A DNA stretch of 64,000 nt, taken from positions 74,841-138,840 of the forward strand of contig RHPI01002368.1 of the NCBI GenBank assembly GCA_009103225.1, read 5' to 3'. Source of the DNA: Chlorokybus atmophyticus. Its lineage: Eukaryota; Plantae; Mesostigma and Chlorokybus algae. Positions 33,545-47,150 of this stretch are shown piece after piece. Within the stretch, counting starts at the first letter, position 1; each line of letters begins with the position of its first letter. Made by a program: the position numbers and the translations under genes. The notes below the pieces were generated by a model. That model saw nothing but the letters and a program-made list of their open reading frames with translations. It did no database searches and was not told the DNA's origin.

Positions 33545-36165
33545 TTATAGACACTGGTTTCTATTGGTGATGGGGAGGGCTCTTGCAATGCAGCGGTGGA
33601 GCCTTCCGACGAGAAGGTGATGGCTTCTGATGGGGGGGAGGCCTGTGGTGAATCGGAGGAGGCTTATGATGCGGAGGGGGCCTGTGGTGAGGGGGGAAAG
33701 GCCTATGGTGAGGAGGGGACTGGTGGGGAGTTGGCTTGCAATGGGGGGGAGGGGCCCTCTGGTGGGGGGGAGGGGGCGTGTGGTGAGGAGGGGACAAGTG
33801 GGGAGTTGGCTTGTGCGAGCGAGAGGGGCCCTATGGTGAGGAGGGGACTGGTGGGGAGTTGGCTTGTCGTGCGGGGGAGGGGGCCTATGGTGCGGGGGAG
33901 GGGGACGATGGTAAGGAGGAGGGGACTGCTGGGGAGTTGGCTTGTGGTGCGGGGGAGGGGGCCTGGGCTGAGGAGGAGGGGGCGGATGCGGTGGAGACGG
34001 AGAGGGAGGAGGAGGTGGAGGGGGCGGAGAGGGAGGAGGAGGTGAAGGTGAAGGCATAAGCTGACTCCAACCTGGCTGTACGGGCCAGCTCATTTGAAAA
34101 TTTATCTGGCAGAAGCTGTTGGAGCGCAGTATGCGCATATAGCTGTCCTCTCCCCACCAAGTGCCCCATTGGTTTTAGTTAAGTCGGTAAGGTAAGCCAC
34201 TTGACTGATTAGTGCCGAAGCCGACAACGTAAACCGCATGGTTAAGGTCACCAATCTGACAATCATTGTCGCCGATGTACACGCCACTGGCATGATATTG
34301 CAAGCTGTCCGTCACTCTTATTGTAATACTTGTTGGCTGCTTGCACACGGACTGCGCACACCGCAAGTGGCGACAGCGCCCAAACACCCAATATGACGTG
34401 TGCCACAGTAGCAATGTCACTAGCCAACCAGGGAGCGCTACTTAGTCAACAACAACACGCAAAGGTGTGGCAAACCTGTAACAAGAAGTCACCCGAAAAG
34501 ACCCCGGGGAAGATATTACTAAAATAACTGTTGTATAACTAAAATCCCAAAATACTAACAAAGTTAGAGTGGGTCTCACAAGCGCCTATCAGAGTAATAG
34601 GCAAGTTACTAGCGGTCTTCTCTAATCCAATGAGTAATTTGGTAGACATCATGTACGACCGGCTGAGGGGTTGTTTGAGGGGAACGGAATTGGTACCTTG
34701 CTGTGCCACGTATGGGTAGCTGTCCTCCTTAGCCAAACCGCCATTTACGAGCATCCATTGGTAGGTACCACAATCAGACTCACCATGGCAACCATTTGTC
34801 AAAAAGAAGTTGTCGTAGTCTACCAACTGCTATTCCCTGAGAGACACGAGCTCCTCTGTGGTATTAAAGTTGATGGCTTTGACTGCTCCCATCGCCGCCA
34901 AGGCCCAGCAGCTTCCACACTGAAAAAGAGTTGCATATGAAGGTAAGCTACACATCACACATCAGAAGAGAATATGCCCACGCAGCCGTGCACAGACAAA
35001 TGCATGCGAACAACACGTATGCACGTACACGTGCCTCTTCCTAGCCCGTGACAGTAGTAACGGCGCCATATTAACACCAGTTCATCCCGTCAGGGGTAGG
35101 GCATATACCATAGTATATTAGTAGTCGGCGGGCAGCTCGACCATATTGATGACCTGCAAATGACATTTGTCAAATGAATGTCCCATAAATGTTATCCCAC
35201 AATTAAAAACGGAAGCATGCTGTACCTGTGCCCGAACACCCCCGGCTGCACGGGTAGCATTTGTGTTGATAGTATGGGTTCCCACTCATGCGTCCAGAGG
35301 CTTGGGTGGAGGGAAGCATGCATGTCTGCACGGGCCTTTACGAGCAAGCAACAACTGCACAAAAACAAGACTGCACAGGTCTAACCCTTAGCAGTTATGA
35401 AACACAGGACGCTTAAGACTTGACACTCGAGATACACTTGATAGCACTGCTGAGCAGCAGTCACAACAGCAGTAGCACAAAATGTTGCAACTGCTCACCC
35501 AATACGAGGCATTCGCGCTCTGGTTGTGCTTCATCACGCGCTCCACCGACCACTTCCATGTGGTAAATACTGCTTTGCGCTCCCGTTGACCATAAGGCAT
35601 GCCATTAGCAGCACACAAACATCACCACCAGCTAAAGCAGTGCACTTGGCACGCAAGCGTGCAGATGTTATACGCACGTGCACACCAATCTGCAAGCGAG
35701 CACCATCCACCATAGTGCACCACTGTGGCAGTTGCTACACCAAGTTGCATACCTCAACGCTGGCATACGATTTGCCGTACTTTACGCACTAGGTGGCAAA
35801 AGATTCCTCTGAGTTGGCCTGTCAAGGGACAGTAGACAGAATAACAATTTAGGGTCTTGCCATGCGACTTTGATATGCATGCTGCTGCTAGCATGCAGGT
35901 AGCTATGCCGTGCATGTTGCAAGCCTGCACGCTCGCAGGCATGCCTCTGCGCCATGCATAAGCAACAATGACAACGACAGTTGCAAGCCGGCAGTTGCAT
36001 GCACAGTGTCACCGTCACTCGAGCCTTAATGGCATAGCGGAGGGCTTGGATGCGGCCTTCGTGGAAGGAGGGCGCCGTTGCGGCGCACGCGGACGGCGCC
36101 ACCTAGCAAATTGCTGCTACCACTAAGGCGGCCAGCAGCACGGGCACTGGCTTGGCCGCCGTCAT
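33545..36165 (-). pseudogene. Papain-family (C1A) cysteine protease with I29 prodomain and Pro/His-rich extensin-like tail
   Basis: MTAAKPVPVLLAALVV signal; KYGKSYASVE and VMKHNQSANASYW (I29); CGSCWALAA; ELVSLRE*QLVDY; GGLAKEDSYPY; LNHAVYVVGFG; *NQWGTWWGEDSYMRI; SWPV followed by SPPPP/PPPHHKP repeats; several in-frame stops. Confidence 0.92.
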
Positions 36166-38739
36166 CGTAGGTTCCTCACTCAACCGCACTCAGCTGCCTC
36201 GATCAGCTCTGTGATGTACTGCGCCGACAGGCGCGGCACGCAGTGCATCTCGCGGGCCGCGCTTGTTGGGCGTGCGGCCCCAGGACGTCTCACATCATTC
36301 TAGCAAGTACCGGTAGTGTACAGCTACAGTCAAGACGCAAATGGGCTTTCCCCCTGCCAAAGCTTATGCCGGCCCGGTCAGCGCTGAGAACGGTGGAATG
36401 GCCGTCAGGTTGCGGTGGTCTGCCGGTAGACGAGTGAGAATATGTGTAGCCATACTGCGGTTGTTGACGTTGATGTGGTTGTAAGACATGATGGTTCCGA
36501 TGGCGATATAGCGCGGTGGATCAGTGTTCGACGCTATCATCCGCTGTCTTAGCGAAATTGTACGATATCTGTTGTCTTTAATAACGGTCGCTGCTCAATT
36601 ACTATCGTCACAACGTAAGTCACGGTACTAACACCGCCAACCGGCACTGAACTCGCAATGATTAGCGTGCGTTCACACAAGGTTCGCCACATTATACGGC
36701 CTACCTACGTCGCCATGCTCCATCGCAACCGTCCGTGTGCTTCACTCGTAGACTACCGGCATAAGCTTCTTCCCATTGGCGCCTTAACTAGCTAATCCAA
36801 GCGCACCCGGCATCGCCCCGTCGCCGAGGGCAAGTTGCCGAGGAAGCTGTTTCATCATAGAGGGGGCTATAGATCTAGACCTCGAACCAACGTCCGTTAC
36901 GTCACAGCAGGAAGTTCCGCGGGCCTGCCCCGGATCAGCTCGGCCCGCGGCGCGGCGTTGTCCTAGTGGCTCGTACAGGTAGGCCAAGTGATAAACGGCT
37001 TAGCGTTATAACCGCTGTCCATGGCATGCCCCGTTGTAGAAAACATGTTTTGTCCTGGCACATTTTACTTCAATGATAGGGTTATAACTAGCATATATTA
37101 GCGCATGTCGTTTTTGTAAATGATATGAGCATAGCTATGCTACTACTAGGGCCTTGCATGACATGGCATGATCAAGTCACTTAAACTCTTGGTAATAACA
37201 TTCTTAAATGATGTATTGCACACCCGATGAGGTTACGAGCATATTAGCCGCTGCTGCCTATAAATGCCGCAAAAGGGGCTGTTACGTCGACATGGAACGC
37301 TCTCATTCGCATGGGGCCTGCGGGGCGTGCAAGTACTGGCACAAACCGTTTGTGCCTGTATTGGCACGTGCCTTTTGAGGCTAGACCCAAACGGCCCCCA
37401 AACTGGCACAAAACCGCTTGCGCCAGAATGGATGCTAATTTACCTATTGGTTAGTGGCACAAGCGGTTTATAACTAGTACAAGCACTAATTGCAAAGCCA
37501 AGATGAGCACGATTGCAAACCAATGCATTGCTTGGTCTAAAGCTAGGTGTGCCAGCATTGGCAAATAAAAACCATGTGCCTTGACTGGCATATGCACTAA
37601 ATCTGGTATTAGCATGTGCCGGTGTTGACACCAATGTTCATCATGCTATTAAATTTACCCAATGTATCTTAAATCTTCATTCATGTACTTGTATGTTGCT
37701 GAGGGAACACCCTCAGCTTGGCTTCGAAGGTAGATACTTTTGCCTGCCTGCCTACCGATGCACCCGCCAGCTTGCCATTGCCGTGCCCTGCGTCGTTGTC
37801 AAGTTGTGGAACATCAAGTTCACAGTGTTAGCGCTGAGCGAAACCCCCCTGCGTGGTAGCATGTTTCATTCACCATGATACAGCAAAACCAAAAAGGGCA
37901 TTTCACGCAACGCATTTCAAGTACACAATTAAAGCTGCATCGACACCACTATCAGCAACTATTGACAGCTACATCTGCAGCTATAACTACAACTACACCT
38001 ACAACCGCAACTGCTGCTGCTACTGCAACTGTCAGCATTTCTCCCTGCACAAGCTGCAACTTCTATGCAGCGTTGCGACAACGTGAGGATTAGCACACCA
38101 GCATCAGACTGGCAGACCCATAGTCCCAGCCTATCAGGTCTACAACAAGCAAGTCCACTCAGTGGGTCTAGACCCAGTCTTGGGCTAAATCAGACCAAGT
38201 CGTCCAGCCAATATTCAACTCGCCCACTAGCAAGACCTACAAAGCAAATGCAGACTAGATTGAAGGTTTAACATACTGGTCTGCTAAGCTAGACCATCAG
38301 AGGGTTTAAAGGGGACATAAGGCAAATGGTAGCAAGCTACATTGGACAAACTTAAGTGTCAATAACCCCGATAGACCTTTCTTGCAGCTTGCACTGTTGA
38401 GATGGACGATGACAAGCACACACATGCATATACGTGCATACCACAACAACACTAATGTCAAGGATATGATGCACTATAGGACCTTAGCATGCGCATATGC
38501 TACGTCGTGACCAGTGACTCTGCTCCAACAAGAGAGTTCTACAGGGTTCCACAGAGTACTTGTCTGCTACAAGTCCGCGGGCTTTGATACTTGCCAGCTA
38601 CACATGCTTTATATTAGAAGCCACTGTGTCTAGCATACTCCATCAAATGCTGCACGCTACGTTGCACCACATAGCCAACTTCAAGAGCTTTTCAATAAGC
38701 CGCCATCAGTTTTGCTGGAGAGGTTGCAAACCTGGAGGA

Positions 38740-39559
38740 CTATTGTAATGCAGACTTTGCAGCAGATGTTGACAAGCGCAAGTCCACATCTGGGTGTGCG
38801 TTCTTGCTAAATGAAAGTTTGGTGAGCTGGAATTCGAAGCTTCAAGCTACTGTGGCAGTTTATATTGCTGAGGTTCAGTACATGTACTCAACCGTGTATA
38901 CATTGCGGCATCACATGCTTTGAAGGAGGCTTTATGGCTAAGAAATTTGATGGCTAATGTGGGCTACGAGGAGAGCTGTGTGAAGCTCCACTATGATAAT
39001 CAAAGTGCCATCAAGCTGACGAAGCACCCGGTTGCTTTAGTCCGGGCCAAGCACATAGATGTGGTTCATTATTTTGTGCGCGAGAGGGCTGCAAAGAAGG
39101 AGGTCACATTTATATACTGCAAGACCGCTGGCATGCTGGCTGACATCATAATCAAGGCTCTTCCTTTGCAAAGTTCAAGACATGTTGCTCGCGTCTTGAC
39201 ACTTCCTGACTGCCTGCATGGGAGTGTTGAACTTAGACCTACCTGGTCTATTCTACTAATTTAGACCTGTTTATGACTTATTCAATCATGAAAATGCTTG
39301 GTTTTGAACTCGGTGTATGTGATAGCATAGACTAATATGGTTAGTCGACATTGATGTTACTTGTTTGCATGTTTTGTACAGCACATATCGAGCCTAGACT
39401 TATTAAGTTTAAATGTGCTGCTGTACTGAGCTTGGAACTGGAGAGAGACCTCACTTGTAAGTCTGGAGTCTGGCACACTTCTTCGGCAGCTAGGATTTGT
39501 ATGCTGTGCATGGTTGCATGCAAGGGTGCAACTAGATGTGTATGAGCTTGCACGTTACA
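38740..39559 (+). mobile_element. Ty1/copia RNase H remnant with PPT and probable 3' LTR
   Basis: YCNADFAADVDKRKSTSG, WLRNLM, DNQSAIKL, AKHIDVVHYFVRE, MLADIIIKAL; CATGGGAG followed by TGTTGAA at 39225. Confidence 0.85.
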
Positions 39560-39639
39560 GCTGTCACGCCTCCTGAGTTGCATACACTTGATAGACCCGT
39601 CTGAACTTGTTTGGACCCACTACGCCAGCCTGAGTGCTC

Positions 39640-41057
39640 AAGCTTTTCCGATCAGAGTTTGAAGGTTGTGACGGGCTCCGCCTTACTCTTCACACAAGGT
39701 GCTGAAGAAACAAGGCTTTAATGCAAATTTGGCTGATGTGAGCTTGTTTTTTACAAGACCAAAAGGATGTGGTTGTTGTTGTATGTGGATGACATCCTGA
39801 TTGCGGCATCAGGAATGTCCGATGTTCAGCGAGCAAAGACTTGGGTGAAGGCTGCATTTGATTGTTAAAATCTCGCGAGACCACATACTTTCTCAGTATG
39901 ATTGTCACAAGGAGTTGAGCTTTAGGAGCTGCAGTCATCAATATCATCCAGTAGTAGATGGGGAGGCAGCTGGTGGCACAGTTTGTTTTGGACCACGCCA
40001 AGATGAGAGAAGTACCCCTGAATGTGGGAGCTCACTTGGATAGAGCCAGAAATAGTGATGAGGAGTTAGACAAGCAGAAGTATTCCTATTGTGAGCTTGT
40101 TGGCAGCCTTCTTTACTTGTCAATGGCATTAACACCAGACATCGCACATGCTGTATGACATGTAGCGTGCTCTTGCAGGCTACAGTGTCAGCCTTTGGTT
40201 GGCAGTAAAGGGAGTGCTGCGCTACTTGTTGACAACAGCGGCAACGGGCATCAAGTATGGCCAGGGCAGTGTGGAACTGCAAGGCTACTGTGATGCGGAC
40301 TATGCTGGTGTTGTTGATACCGAAGGTCAACTACTGGCTATGTGTACAAGCTTGGTGGTGGCGTAATCAGCAAGTTACATCCTACTGTGGCTGCATCCAC
40401 TACAAAAACAGAGTACATGGCATGTGCTTCAGCTGCAAAGGAAGCACTTTGGCTTACGACATAAATGGCGGATCATGGACACCCTTTGGAGAGCGTGAAG
40501 ATCTACCGCAACTATTAGGAAGCTGTGAAGTTGTTAAAGAACCCAATTCTCTCAGCAAGGAGCAAGCACACCAATGTGCATCATCACTTTGTGAGAGACG
40601 GAGTGGGGAGAGGAATGTTGAAGTGTAGCTACCGCAGGACCGAAGACATGCTGGATGACTTCCTGACTAAGACATTGTCTATTTAGAAATCCAAAACATG
40701 CTATAAAGGGCTAGGCATTTTAAGTTGAAGCGAAGGCTTGAAGACTTGGAACGAGAAGCTAGCCAAGCTGCTTGCATGGGAGTGTTGAGAATACATCATG
40801 TTATGTATGGTTTATGACTCTCATAACTTGCATGCAGTCAGCTTGTCTATTAGGACTCTAAGTAGTTTATGTAGTGACATTAGATAAGCTACTCGACACT
40901 GCGGTTGTGTATAGCTTGTTGGCAGTTAGGAGTGATCTAGTCCGGGCTGGACTTGCGGTAGGACCCACAGTCAGGGCTTGGAGCCGACACAGCCCGCGTC
41001 CTTTCAGTGTAGTCTACTCTCGGGTCAGTTCTCTGTGCAACGCAGTATAAGCTCAAC
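39640..41057 (+). mobile_element. Second Ty1/copia RT/RNase H remnant with PPT and probable 3' LTR
   Basis: LLYVDDILIA, YCELVGSLLYL..PDIAHAV, VLRYL, GYCDADYAG, EYMA..AAKEALWL, SKHTNVHHHFVRD; CATGGGAG-TGTTGAG at 40783; many stops and frameshifts. Confidence 0.9.
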
Positions 41058-41059
41058 CA

Positions 41060-42060
41060 TTGCGTTTGTATGTTGTATGCTGTGCATGGTTGCATGCAAT
41101 CGCTCCGGTCAACATGCCTTTGACCATGTCTTCAGCCAGCAAACGTTTGAGGTTGTTGTCGCCAAGATGCCTGAACTTTACATGCCATAGTTCAGCCGTT
41201 TCCTTCTCCTTCACCACGTTGGCGTTAATGCTATGAGGACGGCTCCACGGTGTAGAGCCCTCCTGGCGCGATGCCAACCATATCTACAACCCCATCCATG
41301 AGCACAAAGCATCGACCCTCTCGGATCATAATCTCAGCGCCCACGCGCTCAGCAATTCTCACAGAGATAAGACTAGTAGCACCCGCAGGAACTTGTAGAC
41401 ACTCTCTCAGCAAGACCTCTCTCACACTTACACAGTACCTCAACCTTGCGGTTGAGCCGCACTTCACCCACGCCTACAGCTTCTAGCATGTGACCACCAA
41501 AGCCCTCCACTGTCGTTGCGGTTTGCAGCTTTCTGTAGTTCTCCATGACCTCCACATGTGGTGTCAGGTGCTCGTTGCATCCAAAGTCTATTGCCCATGA
41601 CGTGGTGGACATCTTTTTAAATGTAGTGAAGGTTACGCTCTTTCCTTGCGTTGGTCGCTGTTGTTGATGCTAATGCTGGCTTTTCGTTGACGCTTGTAAC
41701 AGTCTTCAAAAATGTGACCCTTCACGTTAGTAGTTGCATGTGAGGTTCTCGTGCCTGATGTTGTTGTTGCCGCTTTTGCCTTTGTTCTTCTCTTGATGGT
41801 TGTAGGGTTTCTTGTTGTTTGCGTGGAAGGCGACAGCGTCTGTGTGCTCGTCCTTCTTCACTACACATTGCTCCACCGTCAACAACTTGAGCAACACATC
41901 GTCCATGGTCAGCTTCGATCACGATGTTCGCGGCCGCAACCCGATTCCTCGCGACATTGTTCACGGCAACAATGTGGTTTGTGGTGAACATCATCGCTGG
42001 TTTAATAAAATCTTAATGTTAAGTTTTAAGTTAGCATTACTTTTCAAGTCGTAACCCTTG
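41060..42060 (-). mobile_element. Ty1/copia gag-protease-pre-integrase remnant in opposite orientation
   Basis: Zn knuckle C..C.VKGHIFEDC, protease WAIDFGCNEHLT, GAG-pre-integrase LWHVKFRHLG. Confidence 0.85.
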
Positions 42061-43772
42061 CGTTATTCATTGAATATCTCTGCACGTAACGTGGCAGAAT
42101 TGTCAGTAATTAATCTACTACCTTAATGAGTGTATTACATGCCCATATTATGGGCATTATAATATGAAACAATATGCAGCCATTTGTGCACCATGGTGTG
42201 CTCACATTCAATATCTATTCGCTTATACTTTGAGCAGCATAAAGTGAGGATGTGCTCTGGACGGTCGAGATCTCTTTTCAACAGATCGAACGGCCGATAG
42301 CTGATGAGTCGCCGCCTAGCCAATGAGAGGTGGGCGAGCAGCGCATACCACGCAGCCCTGCAGTCGCGGGTGCCGTCTGTGATTGCCACTGATGGCCCTT
42401 GACCCTAGTGTGATGCGCGTGTGATGTGTTTGTGGGCCCTAATGCCGGCCGGCCCAATCGCCCCAGCCGCACCGCGTGGTTTGCATACTTGACTGCCATG
42501 TGATAAAGGCGCTTGCCTGAGTGCCAGCGTGGGACGTGTGTAGCCGACTGTGCCCATTCCACCCCTGCCGCTCCGAACACGAGCCTTTCGGCCGGAAGAT
42601 GGGTCTTGGACCACGACGAGCCCGATCCCGGGCTCGGTGCCTCGTGAGTCGCGACCGACACGCCCTGCCCGGCAGGCGTTACGGCCCTTCATACGGCGGG
42701 GGCCGCGCGCGCGTCCGCTCGCGGTGCATAACTGCGCAAGCCTTGTGCGGCCTTTGCAAGCAGCATTTCTGCTTGACACGGGCTTAGTCAGCCTGCTGAC
42801 AGATGCTGCGCAGCTCAGAGCAGCTCGCCGACGACGACGAGAGTCGCTTGCTTCCTGTGGCTGCGTGTGCATGTGGCTGGCCGCCGGACGTCATCCCCAG
42901 CACAGCATGACGATGTCTCCGGCCTGGCGGCTGTCTCTGCTGCTGCTGCTGCTGCTGCTGCTGGGCTCAGGTGAGAATAGCCTGCTGTTGAGCGCTTGCG
43001 TGTGGGGCAAGTAGACTGCCTACAATATTCATGCCTGCCTTTACCAGTTGCAATGCTCTCTATTCTTGGGCTCTCACATCGTGTTGATGTGCCTGCGCTA
43101 ATGTTTCTAAATGCACGCAGCCCGCCAGGCGTCTGCTGTATCCAATCAGGAAGGTAAGTCGTAGTCTGCTACAACATAGCCACTTGCGTGCAGCACCAGC
43201 CTTGACATGGACTGCGATGTACGCTCACACTTACTGGCACCATGCATGGGCAGTTGCGGCTCTCCGTTTGCTACAGGACAATCTATCCTACCACGATTAC
43301 CAATGCAACAAGGAGGTGAAGGGGATCCCTGGCTGGCCATCTAACCTGACAGGCTATGACGTCTGCACCCTGCCTGAAATTCGTTTCGACGATGGAGTTA
43401 TCAGAGCCTGTGAGTGACAACACGTTACGGTGCTCATTCTCTGAAACCCCCCTACCTGCTGTTATCGCTGAGTCAATCAGTCTTGATGCATTGCATGTTT
43501 ATCAGGAGGTTGGATAGGATGAATCTCCACAACAACAATCGTTGTTTTAACCGCGCTCAATGACCTCGTCAATCCACAGCAAATGTAAGTGTGCTGCACA
43601 AACATATTCAACGTGCTTTGCAAGTTGATTTGAAACACGGCTATAGGCTGCTAGATTCAGCCCAACCCACACGCAAAAGTCGTTCCAAAACACAATCCAA
43701 TATTCACAGATGCGTTGTGTTGCGCAGATTCCTCTCATACAATGCGTTCAGTAGACCATTTACATCGCTTCC

Positions 43773-43809
43773 AGGCCGGAGACACCACCCGAGGTGGTGT
43801 CTCCGGCCT
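43773..43809. repeat. Perfect hairpin, 17 bp arms and 3 nt loop, inside an LRR exon
   Basis: AGGCCGGAGACACCACC-CGA-GGTGGTGTCTCCGGCCT. Confidence 0.97.
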
Positions 43810-44718
43810 AGAAGCGATGTAAGTCTCTGTTGAGTGTTATGCGAGAGCTCTGTGTGCGCTCCAAGAAGCTACTACATGCATCGGTTGCGTATTTGCTCAC
43901 GCGCAAACCTTCCAACCTTTGCATTGCTATGGTTGTCATGTCAGCGATGTTACGACTGACGTATGCATCCTTGTGGATGTGCAGGTATTCTGAAACCAAT
44001 CAATTCTTCGGTGCGATACCGTCTGACACTACAAAATCAGGGCGGTATTCAGACGTTGAGAAATCAGCTGTAAGTAGCTTACAATCAGTCACAAAGGTCT
44101 CCTACCACTACGACTTTGAATGTCAGTCCTAATGTCAGACGTTTGCACCTGACAGTCATGCTTACATTAGCTCCTCACCGTTGATACCAGTGAAACTGAA
44201 AGTCAGCGTTTTGTGACTGACTGTCATGCACTTCGTTATGCTAGAATTTAGTCATTATGACTTGAATTTGTGTTATGCATTGCACACATGCAACGGCTTG
44301 CATTCGCACTTGAAGTGCTGGCATTCAGCACCCAACATGTACAAGCAATGCGCTTGTATTTATACTTGCATTGCTGCTAATCAGCGCCCAATGTTTGAAC
44401 GCAGCAACTGCACCACCAAGTGCTATTCACGAACGCTACGACTCAAGTGCTGGTGATCAGCTCTTGAGCGCTAACTACAAGGATGTATCAGGTAGCTATC
44501 AAGCCGCTACACACACGTAACCAGCTAGTCAAAAACTGTCAGACGTTCATGCGCGTCACCGGCCTGCGCGCGCGGGGCCCCACCTTCTGCACCACCTTGG
44601 CCTCGCTGCAAAAGCCATTCTCGCACACCGCGCAGCCCTGACCATCACACGCTTTGTGGCGCACCATGTCAACCGGTGCTGCGGTGCACAAACTGTTGGT
44701 GAACATCTTGGCGCATAA

Positions 44719-46811
44719 TTAACACACATACAGCTTCAAGCACTTTTGTCTTAACTTACCAATATATGCTTCCGGCCATGCGATGCGGGATCCTATCTCC
44801 ACATCCTTGATCTTTGTCCACGAGTTGGTCTTGATGGGCAGATTGGCATTGCCCAGCAGCGCCTCATCAAACCACACTGCAATCTCACCTAGTGGACAAA
44901 CAATTCTCAATATCAACCCAGTCATAAGCCAATACCCACCCACCCACCCACGCATGCACGCACGTGTGTGCGCGTGCACGCATGCGTGCGCGCACACACA
45001 CGAACAGCCTGTTCTGAGACGCTACCTGTCTGCAGCACGTGGTTGTGGACATTACCACTCCCCTCAGTGCAGCGCCGCGCCTTACCCACTGGCTTTGCAC
45101 CTCGGCTCAACCACATGTGCACTTGTGAGAATGACTGATCGTTCTCCTTGTCACCAGTCCGCCGAGCTTTCCCAATCACTGTGATTACCAACACCGTGTG
45201 ATTGTACAGAGTGCGTGCTGAGTTGTGACGTTCTCTAACTTACATCAAGAAGCTGGTCGTCCAAGGAGATGTTCGTTGCTTGGCTACATGCAACGGGTTG
45301 AGGCCCTGGGCAGCTGCTTGCCGCGGCACTCTTGTTCAACTGTTCCTGCAATGGGACCCTTGCTGGTTTTTGAGTCGGTTGTGGAGCTGGTTTTTGGGCT
45401 GTCTGAGCGCGCCCGTTATCTTGTGGTTTCTTTGCTTTGCTTGTCACTTTGCCTGCAGCCTGCGCTCAATAATATAAACCACAAGCAGCCATGCAACATG
45501 ACAGCAAGTTAGCGTAAGCATCAAGCTCACCTTGCGCTTCCTGTAATGAGCACGGTTTGACATTGTGCGCCGCAGGATGTACTTGAGCTCCTTGTCATCA
45601 TAGTCCGGGAACTCGATGTTCAGAACTCTGTAGTCGATCATTCAATGAATCTATGATGTGCAAGACAAGCACATACCTTACCTACCTCATGATCGCGTCA
45701 ACTATGCCTTGCTTCTGGTGCTGAAGGCGTATGCCTTTCTCAAGGAAGGCATCACGCAAAGCTTTGGCACGCTCCTGTCGCAGGGTCATGCGGCATGGGC
45801 ATCACGCAAAGCTTTGCACGCTCTAATGAATGTGAGAGAAACGTAGCTGCAAAGTTGCAAGCTGTGCCACATTCTCACCCTAGCCGCATGCTTGTACACG
45901 TCCTCACCGCATAGATGGCGTGGCTCGTGTGGCTGCGAAAGAGCCATGAGGTTCACCAGATTCCCACGTTTCTGTACACACAGCCATGTACACTGCTGAA
46001 ACATAAGGCAACATAGAACAACATAAAACATCATAGTCAACATGGATCTACACTTGCAGTCACCACCTCAGCAGCTCTCCAAGCCTCGTCTTTGTGCTCA
46101 TCAAGCTGCCCAGCTTCCTGGTGCTCACCAGTTGTTGCCGTCGGTGCTGCAATTGGCAAACCATTGGTGAGCGAAGCATGCTGTAGCTGCGGATAAGCAT
46201 GTACATCAACTTGACAATGTTGTTGCTGCTTGCTACTTGAAGTAGCAAGCAACATTGTCACTCTTATGTCTGATAGTGTAGGCAGCAAACAGTGCAAGAA
46301 GCATACAATCGGTACCAATGGACAAAGCTAGCAAGCAACTCCACCAAGTTGGCTACGTAGCTAATGTACAAGGTTAGCTATTCACACTGGTGGCACCAAC
46401 AGACCCAAGCTAGCTAGCACTTCATCAACAACATTAGTGTCGGGCAGTTACTGCTTAGCAAGCAGTCACTTAATGGTTAACAGTGTGTTCAGCGGTTAGT
46501 GCTCAAGATCAGCATGCTGCTTGGATAATGCACTGCATCTTGCCTGACATTGCTGAGCATGAAGCCTAGGCCTGTTCACCTGTTTCGTGACGAGTAACTG
46601 GAGCAACACGGTACGAGGAGCTTGCAGGCTGCCGCTCAGCACGATGTTGCTCAGCTAGCTGTGCGTCTAGCTGAAGCACTTGCGCAGCTTGCTTTCTCCT
46701 TCTCTCATCTTCTGCTGCAACCACTCGTCTGGCCTCCTCTACTTTCTCAGGGCTGATTGCCTGAAACTCTGACAGATTGTTTATCACAAATCTGGCTAGC
46801 ACTAACTGCAT
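44719..46811 (-). pseudogene. TnpA-like gene remnant of the second CACTA element
   Basis: Terminal exon AVWFDEALLGNANLPIKTNSWTKIKDVEIGSRIAWP matches the LP....IG..IAWP pattern of En/Spm TnpA C-terminal domains; spliced upstream exons. Confidence 0.6.
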
Positions 46812-47099
46812 TCTGACTAGCTCTCGTACAAGTATGCCCCCTTGCCAGTGTCACCTTTGGTTTCTACTGCTGCTTGCTACTACTGTCGCCTTGCTACTAG
46901 TGCCGCCTGCTGTTAGCAACTTCTGTGGAGCTTGCTACTCGTAGAGCAACTGCCGTCTGCTGGCTAGTGCCGCCTGCTCTTGCCTGCCAGCTGAAACTGT
47001 TGTTCTCTATGCTGTTCTGTATGCTGCCTTGGGCGCTGGGCTCTTCCCATGCATGTGTAGCCGGCCATGCACTGCAGAGAGTTTTTTGCTAACAGTATT

Positions 47100-47150
47100 A
47101 CCTAAGTATATAGCCCCTTTTATAGCCCCTTTTATGGCCCTAGGGTTTGC
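47100..47150. promoter_or_regulatory. TATA-like and telo-box-like motifs at the centre of the second CACTA element
   Basis: gtatatagccccttttatagccccttttatggccctagggtttg between divergent remnants. Confidence 0.35.

Noticed and set aside
33001-33570. 189 aa plus-strand ORF as a gene
   Set aside because: Overlaps a copia LTR and flanking DNA; no recognisable motif
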